Source of the DNA: an uncultured Acidobacteriota bacterium
Lineage (GTDB): Bacteria > Acidobacteriota > UBA6911
Direction: 5' to 3'
NCBI GenBank assembly: GCA_963827655.1
Contig: CAWHCF010000010.1
Coordinates: 160,001-224,000 of the forward strand
Length of the DNA: 64,000 nucleotides
Position numbers and translations under genes: made by a program. The notes beneath the pieces are model-generated. The model was not told where the DNA came from and did no database searches. It worked only from the letters and a program-made list of their open reading frames with translations. Shown here in pieces: positions 9,695-20,876 of this stretch. Position 1 is the first letter of the stretch. The number at the start of each line of letters is the position of its first letter.

Positions 9695-12600
9695 TCAATA
9701 AAGGGGCCCTGGGTCACCCTGGCAAATGAACGCTCCCCAGTAGAGCGGATCCGGATCCTCGTCCTTGAGCGCGAGTTGCGCATCGCGCAACGCATCGGCT
9801 CGCGGCTGGCCCGCCAGCATGCGGCGATAAAAGTCAGTCATGAGCTTTTGAGTCTGCTGGTCCGGTACTTTCCAGAGACTCATCACGAGGGTCTTGGCTC
9901 CCGCCAGCACGAAGGCTCTGCGCAATCCGAAGACGCCCTCGCCCGTCTTGATCTCGCCCAGCCCGGTCTCGCACGCCGACAGGGTGACGAGCTCGGTCGC
10001 CTGCAAATCCATTCCCGAAACATCCTCGGCGTTCAGGAGCGCGTCTTCGGCTTCGCCCGGCAGATCGCCGCGCTCGATCCATGTGTTTGCGCCGGCCAGC
10101 GCCAGGCCGGATCGCAGCAACGGACTCTCGATGCCCAGCGCGGCGAGACGATTGAATGCAAGACCGAATCCGGCCGCTCCGAGATCGCGCGCGCCTTGCG
10201 GGCGGCCGCCCGGCTGGTCAGACAGGAAGAATCCGTGGGTCGCGAGGTGGAGAATGCGCGGCGAACGACAGGATTTGACCCTGGACTCGAGCGCAATCGA
10301 ATCGAGCAGCGGCTTCACGCGCAGCATTTCGGCGATCCGTTCGCCTTCGATTCTGGTTCCCGGCAGACGTTTGAAATGGAGGTTCCCCCGATCGAGGTCG
10401 CGCGAAAGTCTCATGGGGGAGTCCTCGAGCGATCTGGTCGCGGCGCTCGCCGGCGCCGTCAAATCAAAATCGGGATCGGCGATGACCATGGGGTCGCCGG
10501 CCTGCCCCTTGACCGAGTTTCCGAATCGCATCACGTCGCGGCCCGTACTGAGATAACTGATGTGGTAATCGTCAATCAGCCGGCGTCCATCGCCAAGCTC
10601 CAGAACCTCGAACGGAAGGCGCGAGAGTTCGCCTTCGGGCGCGAGCAAAAGCTGCCGGCAATCGCCCAGCACCGGCAGAAGCGGGTCGAAGACGGCACGG
10701 CGCAGCGCGACGCCGCAATCCGATGTCGATTCGACCGGCGCTCGAGGCGGTGCCGCCCCAAGGTCTCTGCCGCTCCCGCCTCCGATCTCGCCGGTGAGCT
10801 GGGCGCGAAAACAGCCGACCAGGCGATCGATCTCATCGGCGTCGCCGAGGTTGATCATCCGCAGATCGTGCGGTCGTGAGGCAGGCAGCACAAAGGCGGC
10901 ATAGCGCGCCTTCACGAACAGCTCGTCCGCCAGGGCCTGCGGATTGTCGAAATCAAAATCGAAGAAATGGACGAACTCGATCAGGGCCGAGCCGGCCGGG
11001 AGAGCCGCGGCCACCTTCGTCAGATCGACCTCGCGCATCTTCTGTCCCAGCCCGACCTCGGGAATCTGGAGCGCCAGTTGCCGTTCCAAAGCTTCTCGGC
11101 GCGCCTTCAGCTCGCGCAGCGCCCGAAGGTGAACCTCGAGGCCGTCGCTCCCCGGACCTGAGAGCGTCATCTGCGAGATGCTTTGCCGCACCGAGGCCAG
11201 CTCGCGCAAGTGAGGTTCGAGGTGGGGATACTTTCCGCTGAGCACCGAATCGCGCTGGGCGGCCAGAGCCTCCGCGCCAATCCCTTTGCGCTTGAGCACG
11301 AGGTTCATCGCCGCCTGGACCGCCGGGGGGCTGCCGATCAGATGCTGCGAAACCAGGGAAATCGAGCAGAGGAACCTCGACTGGATGTGCCGGACATAAC
11401 CCATCCGCTGGCTTTCGGAGGCGAGCGAGAAGAATTCGTGAATGGATTGGTCCGTGATGGATTCAATCTGTACCATCAGCTCCCGGGCTTCTTCATAGCG
11501 CTTGGTCGCGGCGCACACAAGCAGCAGATTGCTGAGCACGGCGGCCCGCAGCGGATGCTCTTCTCCCACCAGCGCGCGATACGCCTCCGCCGCCTGGCGC
11601 AGTGCCATCTCGGCGATTTCGTAGTTGCCCAGCCGCAACAACAGCAGACCGAAACCGTTGAGGATGCTGGTGTGTTCGGGAACCGGACTCTCTTGCGCCA
11701 GGCCGATGGCCTGCTCGAAGAGCGCAAGAGCGTCATCGTACTTTTCGCGATGCGTGTATATGGTCGCCAGGTTGCCCAGGGCGGTGATGTAGTACGGTCC
11801 CCGTTCGCCCTCAACATCACGGAAGGCCGCCACGGCTCGTTTGGCGTAATGCTCGGCTTGCTCAAGCTCGAGGGTATCTATGTAGAGCTTCGCCAGGGCG
11901 TTCAAGGTTGTGGCTTTGTGCATGACCATGACGCCGGTCGCATCTTCCAGTATCTGGAGCGCCCCGAGGAAAGCCGTTTCGGCCGGCCGGTAGTCTCCAA
12001 CGTTGTGATAGAGATCTCCCAGATAGAAAAGATCCACTGCGTAGAGCCAGTGGTTTTCTCCCAGCTTCGAGCCGTGAATCCTCATCGCCTGCTGCGCGAG
12101 CGGGATCCCGGTCTTGTATTGGCCCAGGTTCCGGTAATGAATGGCCAGATTGTTAAGGCTGATCGCGAAGTCCTCGTGGTCTTCGCCGAGCACTTTGCGT
12201 CGAATCTCGATGGATTCGAACAGGCATTGTTCAGCAGACTTGAAAGCCCCGGTCCGCCCGTAGACAGTTGCCATGAGGTTGAGCGTCTGGGCATATTCCG
12301 CAGTCTCGACGCCCGCCGTTTCGCGCTGGAATTCCAGCACTCGCCTTAGAAGTTGCTCGGCTTCGTCGTACCTCCCAAGCGCCAGGGAGCTCGTGGCCAG
12401 AAGACTCAGGGTGTTGAAGTAAATGGGATGGTTCTCCCCCAGGACACGGCTTGCAAGCTCGCGCAATCGCTCCGCTCGCGGCCGGGCGTCAGCCATTTTG
12501 CCGACGTTCATCTGGAACCCGACAACGACATTCAGCAGCTCCACGTATTCGGCAGTCTCTTCCCCCCCGGCTCGCTGCTTGATCTCGAGTGTCCGTTCGA

Positions 12601-13211
12601 GCCATGGCAGCGCTTCGTGGTGTCTGCCCGCTTCCGCGTAATACCAGGCCAGCGTTTCGACCAGCTGGCCGTAAACCGGATGGTCTTCTCCGAGGTGTTT
12701 GCGGTTCGGTTCTACAGCCTGCAGAAGGAGGGGCTCCGCCTCTTCGTGGCGGCCCTGCTGCGAATAGATCAACCCGAGGGTAGCCAGATTATCGGCGTAT
12801 TGCGGGCTATCCTCGCCCAGCGCAGACGGAATCAACTCGCGCAGGGCTTCATACCACGGCAGGGCCGATTCCATTCTTCCCGTCTTCAGGTAGAGCATGG
12901 CCAGATTGGTCATGGCGGCAACGGACGAAGGATGCTGCTTGCCCGTGGTGTCGGTGTAGCAAGCGATCGCGCCCAGGTATAACTTCTCGGCATCCTCGTG
13001 GCTTCCCTGCGCCGCGTAAAGAAAGGCGAGGTTGTTCATGCTATCGCCGGTTGAAGAACCCTCCATCCCGAGGTTTTGAGAGGCCAAGGCGAATGCGAGC
13101 CTGGCGCGGGTCAGCGCTTCCTCGGTTTGCCCTTGCTGGATGAGTTCGATAACGGCTCTTGTTGAGAGTGTCAATGGTGTCGGGCGTGATCTCTGAATCC
13201 TCTTCCGGCAT
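9695..13211 (-). CDS. TPR-repeat + CHAT-domain caspase-like (clan CD) protease
   Basis: About 13 kinesin-light-chain-type ~42-aa TPRs (SLNNLA/LGEDHP), a coiled coil, then CHAT with an intact His-Cys dyad (ILHLATHGFF, LVTLSACETG), GLRRAF..AGA, SLWKV.D and YWGAF; probable true start ATG 13211 (AGAAAGGA RBS, MPEEDSEITPDTIDTLNK) joined by a one-base frameshift near 13157. Confidence 0.93.
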
Positions 13212-13272
13212 TTTAAGGGGTCCTTTCTGGAAATGATCCCATCGCGTGATTGGTCGGAAGCGCGCCAGGCCG

Positions 13273-14277
13273 TCACATCACATCGAAGTAAGTGGACAGT
13301 GCCATCCACTGATTGGCCTCCATTCCGTGAAGCCGCGCGAGTAATTCGTCAATGTCCGTTCGAGAAAGAACCCGGGCAGGAACCCGCGGATTCAGCGGCA
13401 TCCAGTCGAGCCCCAGCGGATGATCGGTGAGGACGGCCAGGAGATGCTCGCGTCCCGGCTTGCCCGTCACCACAAACGATTGGTAAGTGGATCCCGGCCG
13501 AGGCAAATAGCTGCGGCCGGCCTTGAATCGGGTGTCGGGCGCAAACCACGACGGACAGAGACAATAGATCTGGCCGCTCGTGCCCTCGTTCAGAAGCAGG
13601 AGGTCGCCTTCGCGTTCTGATTCAATGGCCAGACAGACGCGGTCGCCCGGGCGGAAGCCATGTTGCGCTTCCTCCTGCGGAGCGCCCAGGTCGCGCAGTA
13701 TGGGACGCGCGGCGCCGCGGCTTGCCGCCCCTGCGGGAACCGGCCAGATGCGGTCGGTGAATCTCGCAATCGATCTCAGGCCTTCGATCCCGTGCGCCAG
13801 GGGTTGCGGTTGAGCAACCGGCTTTGTGCCGGCGAGGTCAACCCTGGTTCGGCAATCGACGCCGGCGAGCTCGAGCGATTGCAGGACCTGAGGCAGCCAC
13901 TGCTCGGCGGCGCGATCGATGACTTCGATCCATTGCCAGCCTTCCAGCCAGTACTCGATCTGTTCGGGAAGGTTGATCGGGTCCAGCAGAATCGGCAGGT
14001 ACGGACGCTCGTACTTCCAGGCAAGCTGAATCTCCTGTTTGACGTTGCGTGAGCGCATCGAAGCGTCAGTCGTCATGAGCATCAGCACCTTGCAGTTCTT
14101 GATACCGCGAACGATTTCGGGGCCGTAGTTGAGACCTCCGGCAATCTTGTTGCGATCAAGCCAAAGCTTCACGCCGGCCTCTTCCAGCTGACCGGCGATT
14201 CTGATCACCCGTTCGCGGTCGCGGCTGGAGTAGCTTATGAAGACTTCGGCGTCATCGACTGAGACGGGTTGCTTCAT
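13273..14277 (-). CDS. TIR-domain protein with C-terminal DUF4384-like beta-sandwich domain
   Basis: VFISYSSRD..LWLDR..I..G..EI..GI..SRNVKQEI (TIR_2, catalytic-position Glu present); C-terminus F.PGDRV.L.IES..G.L.LL..GTSG.IY.L.P..LP..GKPGRE.L.AV typical of DUF4384. Confidence 0.85.
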   Translation of the reverse strand: MKQPVSVDDAEVFISYSSRDRERVIRIAGQLEEAGVKLWLDRNKIAGGLNYGPEIVRGIKNCKVLMLMTTDASMRSRNVKQEIQLAWKYERPYLPILLDPINLPEQIEYWLEGWQWIEVIDRAAEQWLPQVLQSLELAGVDCRTRVDLAGTKPVAQPQPLAHGIEGLRSIARFTDRIWPVPAGAASRGAARPILRDLGAPQEEAQHGFRPGDRVCLAIESEREGDLLLLNEGTSGQIYCLCPSWFAPDTRFKAGRSYLPRPGSTYQSFVVTGKPGREHLLAVLTDHPLGLDWMPLNPRVPARVLSRTDIDELLARLHGMEANQWMALSTYFDVM

Positions 14278-14324
14278 GGCTCAACGGGAATCAATAGAAC
14301 CGAATCGTAAAAGCAATCAAAGTG

Positions 14325-14414
14325 TCTTGGTGTTTCTTCGTGACTTGGTGTCTTTGTGGTTAGAGCTGTCAAACAAATACCACGAAGACTCAAAGACACG
14401 AAGAAACACCAGGA
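14325..14414. repeat. Full palindromic REP-like element built from 8-nt CACGAAGA-type units
   Basis: TCTTGGTGTTTCTTCGTGACTTGGTGTCTTTGTGGT-loop-ACCACGAAGACTCAAAGACACGAAGAAACACCAGGA imperfect inverted repeat. Confidence 0.85.
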
Positions 14415-14427
14415 ATCGTGCGCCAGC

Positions 14428-15934
14428 TCATAGCCGGTGAAGCCATTCGCGCAGTGCAGGGTAAAGCTCCCGATAGAGTGGAAATCGTTTAGCGTAGAAG
14501 CGGGACCGCCTGGGATTCGGCCGGTAGGTGCGTTCGATCCGCGAGATCCTCAAAGCTGCCTCGCGCGCATTGGGGTAGACCCCAATGGCCGTACCCGCAA
14601 GAATCGCGGCCCCGAGGCACACCGCTTCCGGGACGCGCATCGCCGAGACGGGTTTGCCGAGCAGGTCGGCCTTGAGCTGCATCCAGAACGCAGACTTGGC
14701 GCCGCCTCCGGTTGCGCGAAAGGCGCTGATCGAAGCTCCGCACTCGCGCAGCACCTGGACGTTGAGCGCCATCTCATAGGTGATCCCCTCCAGGATGGCG
14801 CGAATGATTTCCCCCTTGGTGGTAGAGAGTCTCAGACCTGCCAGGACGCCTTTCGATTGGGTATCAAAGTGAGGCGTGCCGGTCGAGGTGAAATGAGGAA
14901 GCAGCAGGAGGTCCGTCGGCTCTTTTGCCGCCTGGGCGATCAGCAGGGCGTAGACGTCCCGGCCGGTTTCCCGGGCGCGCGCCGTCTCTTCCGCTCCCAA
15001 AACGTCGCGGTACCACCGGAGCAGCGAGCCCCCCGAGAAATTGAACGTGAGCGCCACGTAGAGGCCCGTGACGACATGGGGGTAACAAGCGATGTTGTTC
15101 TCGAGAAGTTGCGGATGAATGACGCGCGTTCCAAGCGCCGGCGTGATGCATTCTACGGTGCCGGTCGCGTACAAGCCGACGTTGGGCTCCGACCACTCCC
15201 GCGCCGAGCGCGCCACACGGCTGGTCGTGGCCACCGGTGACGATCGCGACGCCGCGCGGGAGGCCGAAGGACCGCGCCGCCTTCGATCCAAGCTCTCCGA
15301 TTGCGGTCCCCGGGGGGTAGACGCGAGCCAGGCGTTCCGGGGCGATTCCCGCGATATTCAGCATCTTCGGGGACCAGTCGACGTGATCGACGTCCAGGAG
15401 CATTGTCCGGGAAGCCAGGGAGGAATCGATGGCGGGCTCGAGGCCTAGCCGGTAAAAGAGAAGATCCGAGTAGCACAGGAAGTAATGCGCCTTGCGGAAA
15501 ACGTCGCGCCGCTCTTTCTTCCACCACAGAATCTTGCTGGCGGTGTACATGCCGTGGAGCGGCATCCCGGTAATTTCGAAAATTTGCTGGCGCGGGATCC
15601 GCTCCTCCCACCACGCCACCCATGGAGCCGTGCGGGCATCGAACGTCACGATGGCGTTGTGCAGGAATTGGCCGTTGCGGCCGACGGGCGTAACGGCCTC
15701 GCCTTGGGCCGCGACGGAGAGCGCGCGAATCGGATCCTTTCGAGTCGCTGCCGCAACCTCGCGGATAACCTCGCGTGCCGCCCTCATGACACGGGCGCTA
15801 TCGAGTTCGATCCAGCCCGGGCGAGGAAAATGAAGCGGGTACTCCCGGTAGGCCGACGCCAGAATCCGGCCCTCTTCGTCGAAGGCGACTGCTTTGCAGC
15901 CCGTGGTGCCGATGTCGATTCCAAGTAGACTCAT
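14428..15934 (-). CDS. FGGY-family carbohydrate kinase (xylulokinase-like), frameshifted near 15190
   Basis: LLGIDIGTTGCK, GGHDQPCGALGAG, then ATGTVEC, G.LLRWYRD, RAILEG, GGGAKS.FW.Q..AD in the second frame. Confidence 0.92.
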
Positions 15935-16155
15935 TTTCTTTGGTGGTTTGCGTCCTTGCGGTAAAGTGTGCCGCCAAGCTGCGAAGGCGACTTTAGCAAG
16001 GATACGTTCCTTGTCAATCCTGTCCGGCGAGTCAAAACAACATCCACCACAAAGACGCGAAGACGCAAGGGTCGTGGTATATACTACCCGGTTGATCCAC
16101 AGGGTTCGTGCTTCGTGTCTTAGTGATAATTTGATTCAAGAAAGCCAGGTCCAAA

Positions 16156-17643
16156 ATGAAGAACAAACTTCGATTCGTTGTTGGGATCGTACTGCTGGCC
16201 GGAGCGGTTGACGTTCTCCGAAGTCAGCCCGAGCCTGGATTCGCGCCTCTTTTCAATGGCAAAGATCTCTCGGGATGGGACGGCAATCCCAAGTTCTGGT
16301 CGGTCCGAGACGGAGTCATCACAGGCCAGACAACCGTCGAGAGCCCGACCCAGGGTAACACCTTCCTGATCTGGAAGAACGGCACGGTTGAGGATTTTGA
16401 GCTTCGGCTCTCGTATCGAATCGTAGGGGGCAACTCGGGGATCCAGTATCGCAGCAAGGATCTGGGCAACTGGGTGGTCGGAGGTTACCAGGCAGATTTC
16501 GAAGCAGGCAAGACGTACTCGGGAATTCTGTACGAGGAAAAGGGCCGCGGCATTCTGGCCAAGCGCGGCGAGAAGACCGTGATCGACTCCGCGGGCAAGG
16601 TAGGGGTAGTCGGCGCTGTCGGCGATCCGGCTGAATTGCAGGCAGTCATCAAGCATGAAGACTGGAACGATTATGTGATCGTGGCCCAGGGCAATCACCT
16701 GGTGCACAAAATCAATGGCCGCGTGACCGCGGATGTGACCGACGACCAGGCTGACAAGCGAGCGATGTCCGGCATTCTCGCACTCCAACTTCACGCCGGG
16801 CCGCCCATGACGGTCCAGTTCAAAGAAGTTCGTCTGAAGCGCCTGAAGTCGGAAAAAACCAAGAAGATTGCGCTGGTGGCGGGCACCCCCAGCCACGCTG
16901 CTCTGGCGCACGAATTCAATGCCGGCGTTACTCTACTGAAAAAGTGCCTGGACGGTGTGCCGGGCGTTCAAGCCAGCGCTTACCTCAACGGCTGGCCGCG
17001 CGATCCGACTGCTTTCGATGGTGCCGATACGATCTTGCTTTACATGGATGGGGGCTCCAAACATCCCCTGATCCAGCCCGAGCGCCTGGCTCAGTTTTCC
17101 GAGTTGATGAAGAAGGGGGTGGGGCTTGCCTGCGCGCACTACGCTGTTGAAGTTCCGAAGGAGCAGGGAGGGCCCGAGCTCTTGAAATGGATCGGCGGAT
17201 TCTACGAACGCGACTACTCGATCAACCCGCACTGGACCGCGGAGATCAAGACATTACCCAAGCATCCGATCACCAGAGGCGTCGCAGCGTTCACGCTGCG
17301 CGATGAATGGTACTTCAATATGCGGTTTGCGCCCTCAAGCGCCGCCCTGGTCCCAATTCTGAAAGCCACCCCTCCCGATGATACTCGGCGCACGGCGGCG
17401 GCCAAGGAGCATCCCGGGCGTGAAGAAGTAGTCGCATGGGCTTTCGAGCGGCCCGATGGCGGCCGCGGTTTTGGTTTCACGGGAGGGCATTTCCACATCA
17501 ATTGGGGCGATGACAACTTCCGCAAGCTGGTGCTGAATGCGCTGCTCTGGACGGCAAAAATGGAAGTTCCGGCTGCCGGCGTGAGCTCCAGGGTCACGGA
17601 AGACGAACTGAAGCAGAATCTCGACCCTAAACCGCCGCAATAG
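16156..17643 (+). CDS. Secreted DUF1080 (3-keto-disaccharide hydrolase-like) + ThuA-like fusion protein
   Basis: Signal peptide; PLFNGKDLSGWDG, NSGIQYRS, GYQAD, WNDY, G.LALQLH (DUF1080); HPITRGV..F.LRDEWY, GRGFGFTGGH (ThuA). Confidence 0.85.
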   Translation: MKNKLRFVVGIVLLAGAVDVLRSQPEPGFAPLFNGKDLSGWDGNPKFWSVRDGVITGQTTVESPTQGNTFLIWKNGTVEDFELRLSYRIVGGNSGIQYRSKDLGNWVVGGYQADFEAGKTYSGILYEEKGRGILAKRGEKTVIDSAGKVGVVGAVGDPAELQAVIKHEDWNDYVIVAQGNHLVHKINGRVTADVTDDQADKRAMSGILALQLHAGPPMTVQFKEVRLKRLKSEKTKKIALVAGTPSHAALAHEFNAGVTLLKKCLDGVPGVQASAYLNGWPRDPTAFDGADTILLYMDGGSKHPLIQPERLAQFSELMKKGVGLACAHYAVEVPKEQGGPELLKWIGGFYERDYSINPHWTAEIKTLPKHPITRGVAAFTLRDEWYFNMRFAPSSAALVPILKATPPDDTRRTAAAKEHPGREEVVAWAFERPDGGRGFGFTGGHFHINWGDDNFRKLVLNALLWTAKMEVPAAGVSSRVTEDELKQNLDPKPPQ

Positions 17644-17649
17644 TACGCG

Positions 17650-18564
<915 letters not shown>

Positions 18565-18632
18565 TCAGGATTCCTCATCAAAAAAGGCGGTGGTGCGGCG
18601 CAATAAACCCACCGCTAAGACGCGAAGAAACG

Positions 18633-19799
18633 CTAAGAGCCTTTGCGCGTGTCCTTCTTGTGCTGCAGCGAGACCCACTTCTGGGATCGCGCGGATTCGA
18701 GAACCGCGTCGCAAACCCGCTGGGTCTCCAGAGCGTCGCGGAAGGTTGGCCGCGCCGGCTCGCCTCTATCCAGCCCGGCGATGAAGTCTGCCAGCGCATT
18801 GATGAAGGTGTGTTCGTAGCCGATCACGCAGCCTGGTACCCACCACTTCTTCATGTAAGGGTGCTCGAAAGCAGTCACCAGAATGGTTCGCCAGCCCTGA
18901 AGATAGGCCGGGTCGTCGTGACTGAAGTACTGAAGTTGGTGCATGTCTTCCAGATCAAAGTAGAGAGAACCCTTCTCGCCGTTAATCTCGAACGAATTCT
19001 TGTTCTTGCGTCCGCGGGCATACCGGGTCGCCTCGAAAGTGCCATTGGATCCGTTGGCGAACCTGGCAAGAAAGGTGCAAACGTCGTCGATCTCGACCTT
19101 TTTTTTCTTTCCCGGCTGGTCCTGTACGGGCCGTTCCTTGATAAAGATCTCGGTCATGCCGCACACGGTAGCAAAGGCCCCGTTGAGCCAGATGGCGGTA
19201 TCGATGTTATGAGACGAAAGATCGCCCGAAACACCAGACCCGGCCACGTCCTTATCGAGACGCCAGAGCGTCCTTCCCCCCAGAGGGACATCCGCGCTGA
19301 TCGTCCAATCCTGGAGATAGGTGGCCCGGTAGTGAAAGGTGTTGCCGATGCGGCCGTCATCAATCATCTGTCGCGCCAGCGTAATAGCCGGCACACGCCT
19401 GTAGTTGAACCAGACCATGTTCGGTACGCCGGCCTTTTCGACTGCATCGGTCATCTTTTGCCCCTCGGAAGCATTCATCGCCAGGGGCTTCTCGCATAAC
19501 ACCATCTTTCCTTTTGCGGCCGCCGCCAGAGCGATCTCGCAATGGGTGTTGTTGGGACTGCAGATATCGATCGCATCGATGTCTTTTCGGTCCACGAGTC
19601 TCTGCCAATCGGTTTCGGTGGACTCCCATCCCCAGTTAGCCGCAAATTTCTCGAGCTCGGCCTCATTTCGGGCGCAGACCGCTTTGAGAGCGGGCTTGTG
19701 GCCGAGCTCAAAAAACTGGTTCACCTTGCGATAGGCGTTCGAATGGGCACGGCCCATGAAGCCGTACCCGATCATTCCGATGTTGAGCGTCTTGGCCAT
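18633..19799 (-). CDS. Gfo/Idh/MocA family oxidoreductase
   Basis: [36 protein letters not shown]. Confidence 0.93.
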   Translation of the reverse strand: MAKTLNIGMIGYGFMGRAHSNAYRKVNQFFELGHKPALKAVCARNEAELEKFAANWGWESTETDWQRLVDRKDIDAIDICSPNNTHCEIALAAAAKGKMVLCEKPLAMNASEGQKMTDAVEKAGVPNMVWFNYRRVPAITLARQMIDDGRIGNTFHYRATYLQDWTISADVPLGGRTLWRLDKDVAGSGVSGDLSSHNIDTAIWLNGAFATVCGMTEIFIKERPVQDQPGKKKKVEIDDVCTFLARFANGSNGTFEATRYARGRKNKNSFEINGEKGSLYFDLEDMHQLQYFSHDDPAYLQGWRTILVTAFEHPYMKKWWVPGCVIGYEHTFINALADFIAGLDRGEPARPTFRDALETQRVCDAVLESARSQKWVSLQHKKDTRKGS

Positions 19800-19856
19800 C
19801 GACTTTCCTCGCGCGAACAAAAATCAACCACGAAGACGCAAAGACACGAAGAAATC

Positions 19857-20780
19857 TTAGCGACGACTTCCTTCCTGCTTTGCAGTGCCGTACTTCTGGT
19901 TCAACTCATCCACGGCTTTCTTCGCTCTCTCGGTCCCTGGCCAGGCGTCGGGCCAAAAACAAAGGTCGACGGTCCACCAGTCGTGAGGAACGCCGGAACG
20001 GTTCAGCTCAGGCAGGATAGAGCTGAAATCGACCTTGCCTTCGCCAAACGGCGTGTGAGTGCTGGTCTCGTTATCGTGCAGGGTGCCGTCAGAGTCGATT
20101 AACTGGATGTGATTGATCTTGCCCTGCAGCTTTTGTGCCAGCTCCAGGATTCCCCCTTTGAGGGTTTCTTTCGGAGCATGCTGGCGCGCACCGACGACGG
20201 CCACCATGTAGGCATGGCAGGTGTCGTACATCGCGCCGAAGTTCGGGTGATTGACCTCGTCGATGATACGCAAGATCTCCGAGGGTTTGTTAAAGGCGAA
20301 CCCCGGTTCGAACTCCCAGGAAAGATTAATCCCCAGGTCAGCAGCCTCGGCGGCGCAACGCTTCCAGGTCTTGACTACGCGCTGCCGCGCCGTTTCCGGA
20401 TCCATTTCGGCGAGGATGGTTGGAGGTTGAACCGTATCGACCCGGAAGGTCTTGATTCCCAGATCATGCGTGAACTTGAGGCACTTGCGAAAAGCTTCAA
20501 GGTAGGCCGTGTTGTCGTCGGCATTGATGAGTTTTTGACTCCAAAGATCGGCGGCGATGCCGGAGAAATTCAAACCGGCGTCCTTCATGGTTTGAAGAAC
20601 CTTCTGGCGTCCCTCCGCCGTCGGTGTGTTGTCCGGGTTGGGATGGGGATTGAAGGCTCCGAGTTCCAACCCATCGAATTTCAGACCGCTAAGCTTCCGG
20701 ACAACTTCATCAAAGGGAACCGGCTTGTCTTTGTATGGTCCGATGGTATACGCCCAAGTTCCGATAGAGATCTTTTTCAT
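19857..20780 (-). CDS. Sugar phosphate isomerase/epimerase (AP_endonuc_2 TIM barrel)
   Basis: FDGLEL, WEFEPGF, YDTCH, HIQLIDSDG..H.PFGEG.VDF metal-binding motifs. Confidence 0.85.
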   Translation of the reverse strand: MKKISIGTWAYTIGPYKDKPVPFDEVVRKLSGLKFDGLELGAFNPHPNPDNTPTAEGRQKVLQTMKDAGLNFSGIAADLWSQKLINADDNTAYLEAFRKCLKFTHDLGIKTFRVDTVQPPTILAEMDPETARQRVVKTWKRCAAEAADLGINLSWEFEPGFAFNKPSEILRIIDEVNHPNFGAMYDTCHAYMVAVVGARQHAPKETLKGGILELAQKLQGKINHIQLIDSDGTLHDNETSTHTPFGEGKVDFSSILPELNRSGVPHDWWTVDLCFWPDAWPGTERAKKAVDELNQKYGTAKQEGSRR

Positions 20781-20876
20781 CTCGCCCTCTCCTGATCGAT
20801 AGACTGCCTTGCGGACTGCGGCGAGCGCGTGACAACCCCACCGCCAGGACGCGAAAGAATCCGAACAAGACCATGC

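Noticed and set aside
9593-12982. Long plus-strand ORFs (428, 388 and 209 aa) opposite the TPR-CHAT gene
   Set aside because: Antisense shadows of a GC-rich coding strand; no motifs and unnatural composition.
13212-13309. ORF-track N-terminus of the CHAT protein overlapping the TIR gene (apparent overlap or fusion)
   Set aside because: A better start with an RBS exists at 13211 in another frame; the extension results from the nearby indel. The TIR gene has its own stop at 13273.
14325-14414. Repeats considered as a CRISPR array
   Set aside because: Copies are dispersed and degenerate, with no regular repeat-spacer periodicity and no cas genes in the window.
9600-14420. Prophage or integrative-element origin for the TIR/CHAT module
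   Set aside because: No integrase, transposase, tRNA target or direct repeats were seen; only the genome-wide REP-like copies flank it.
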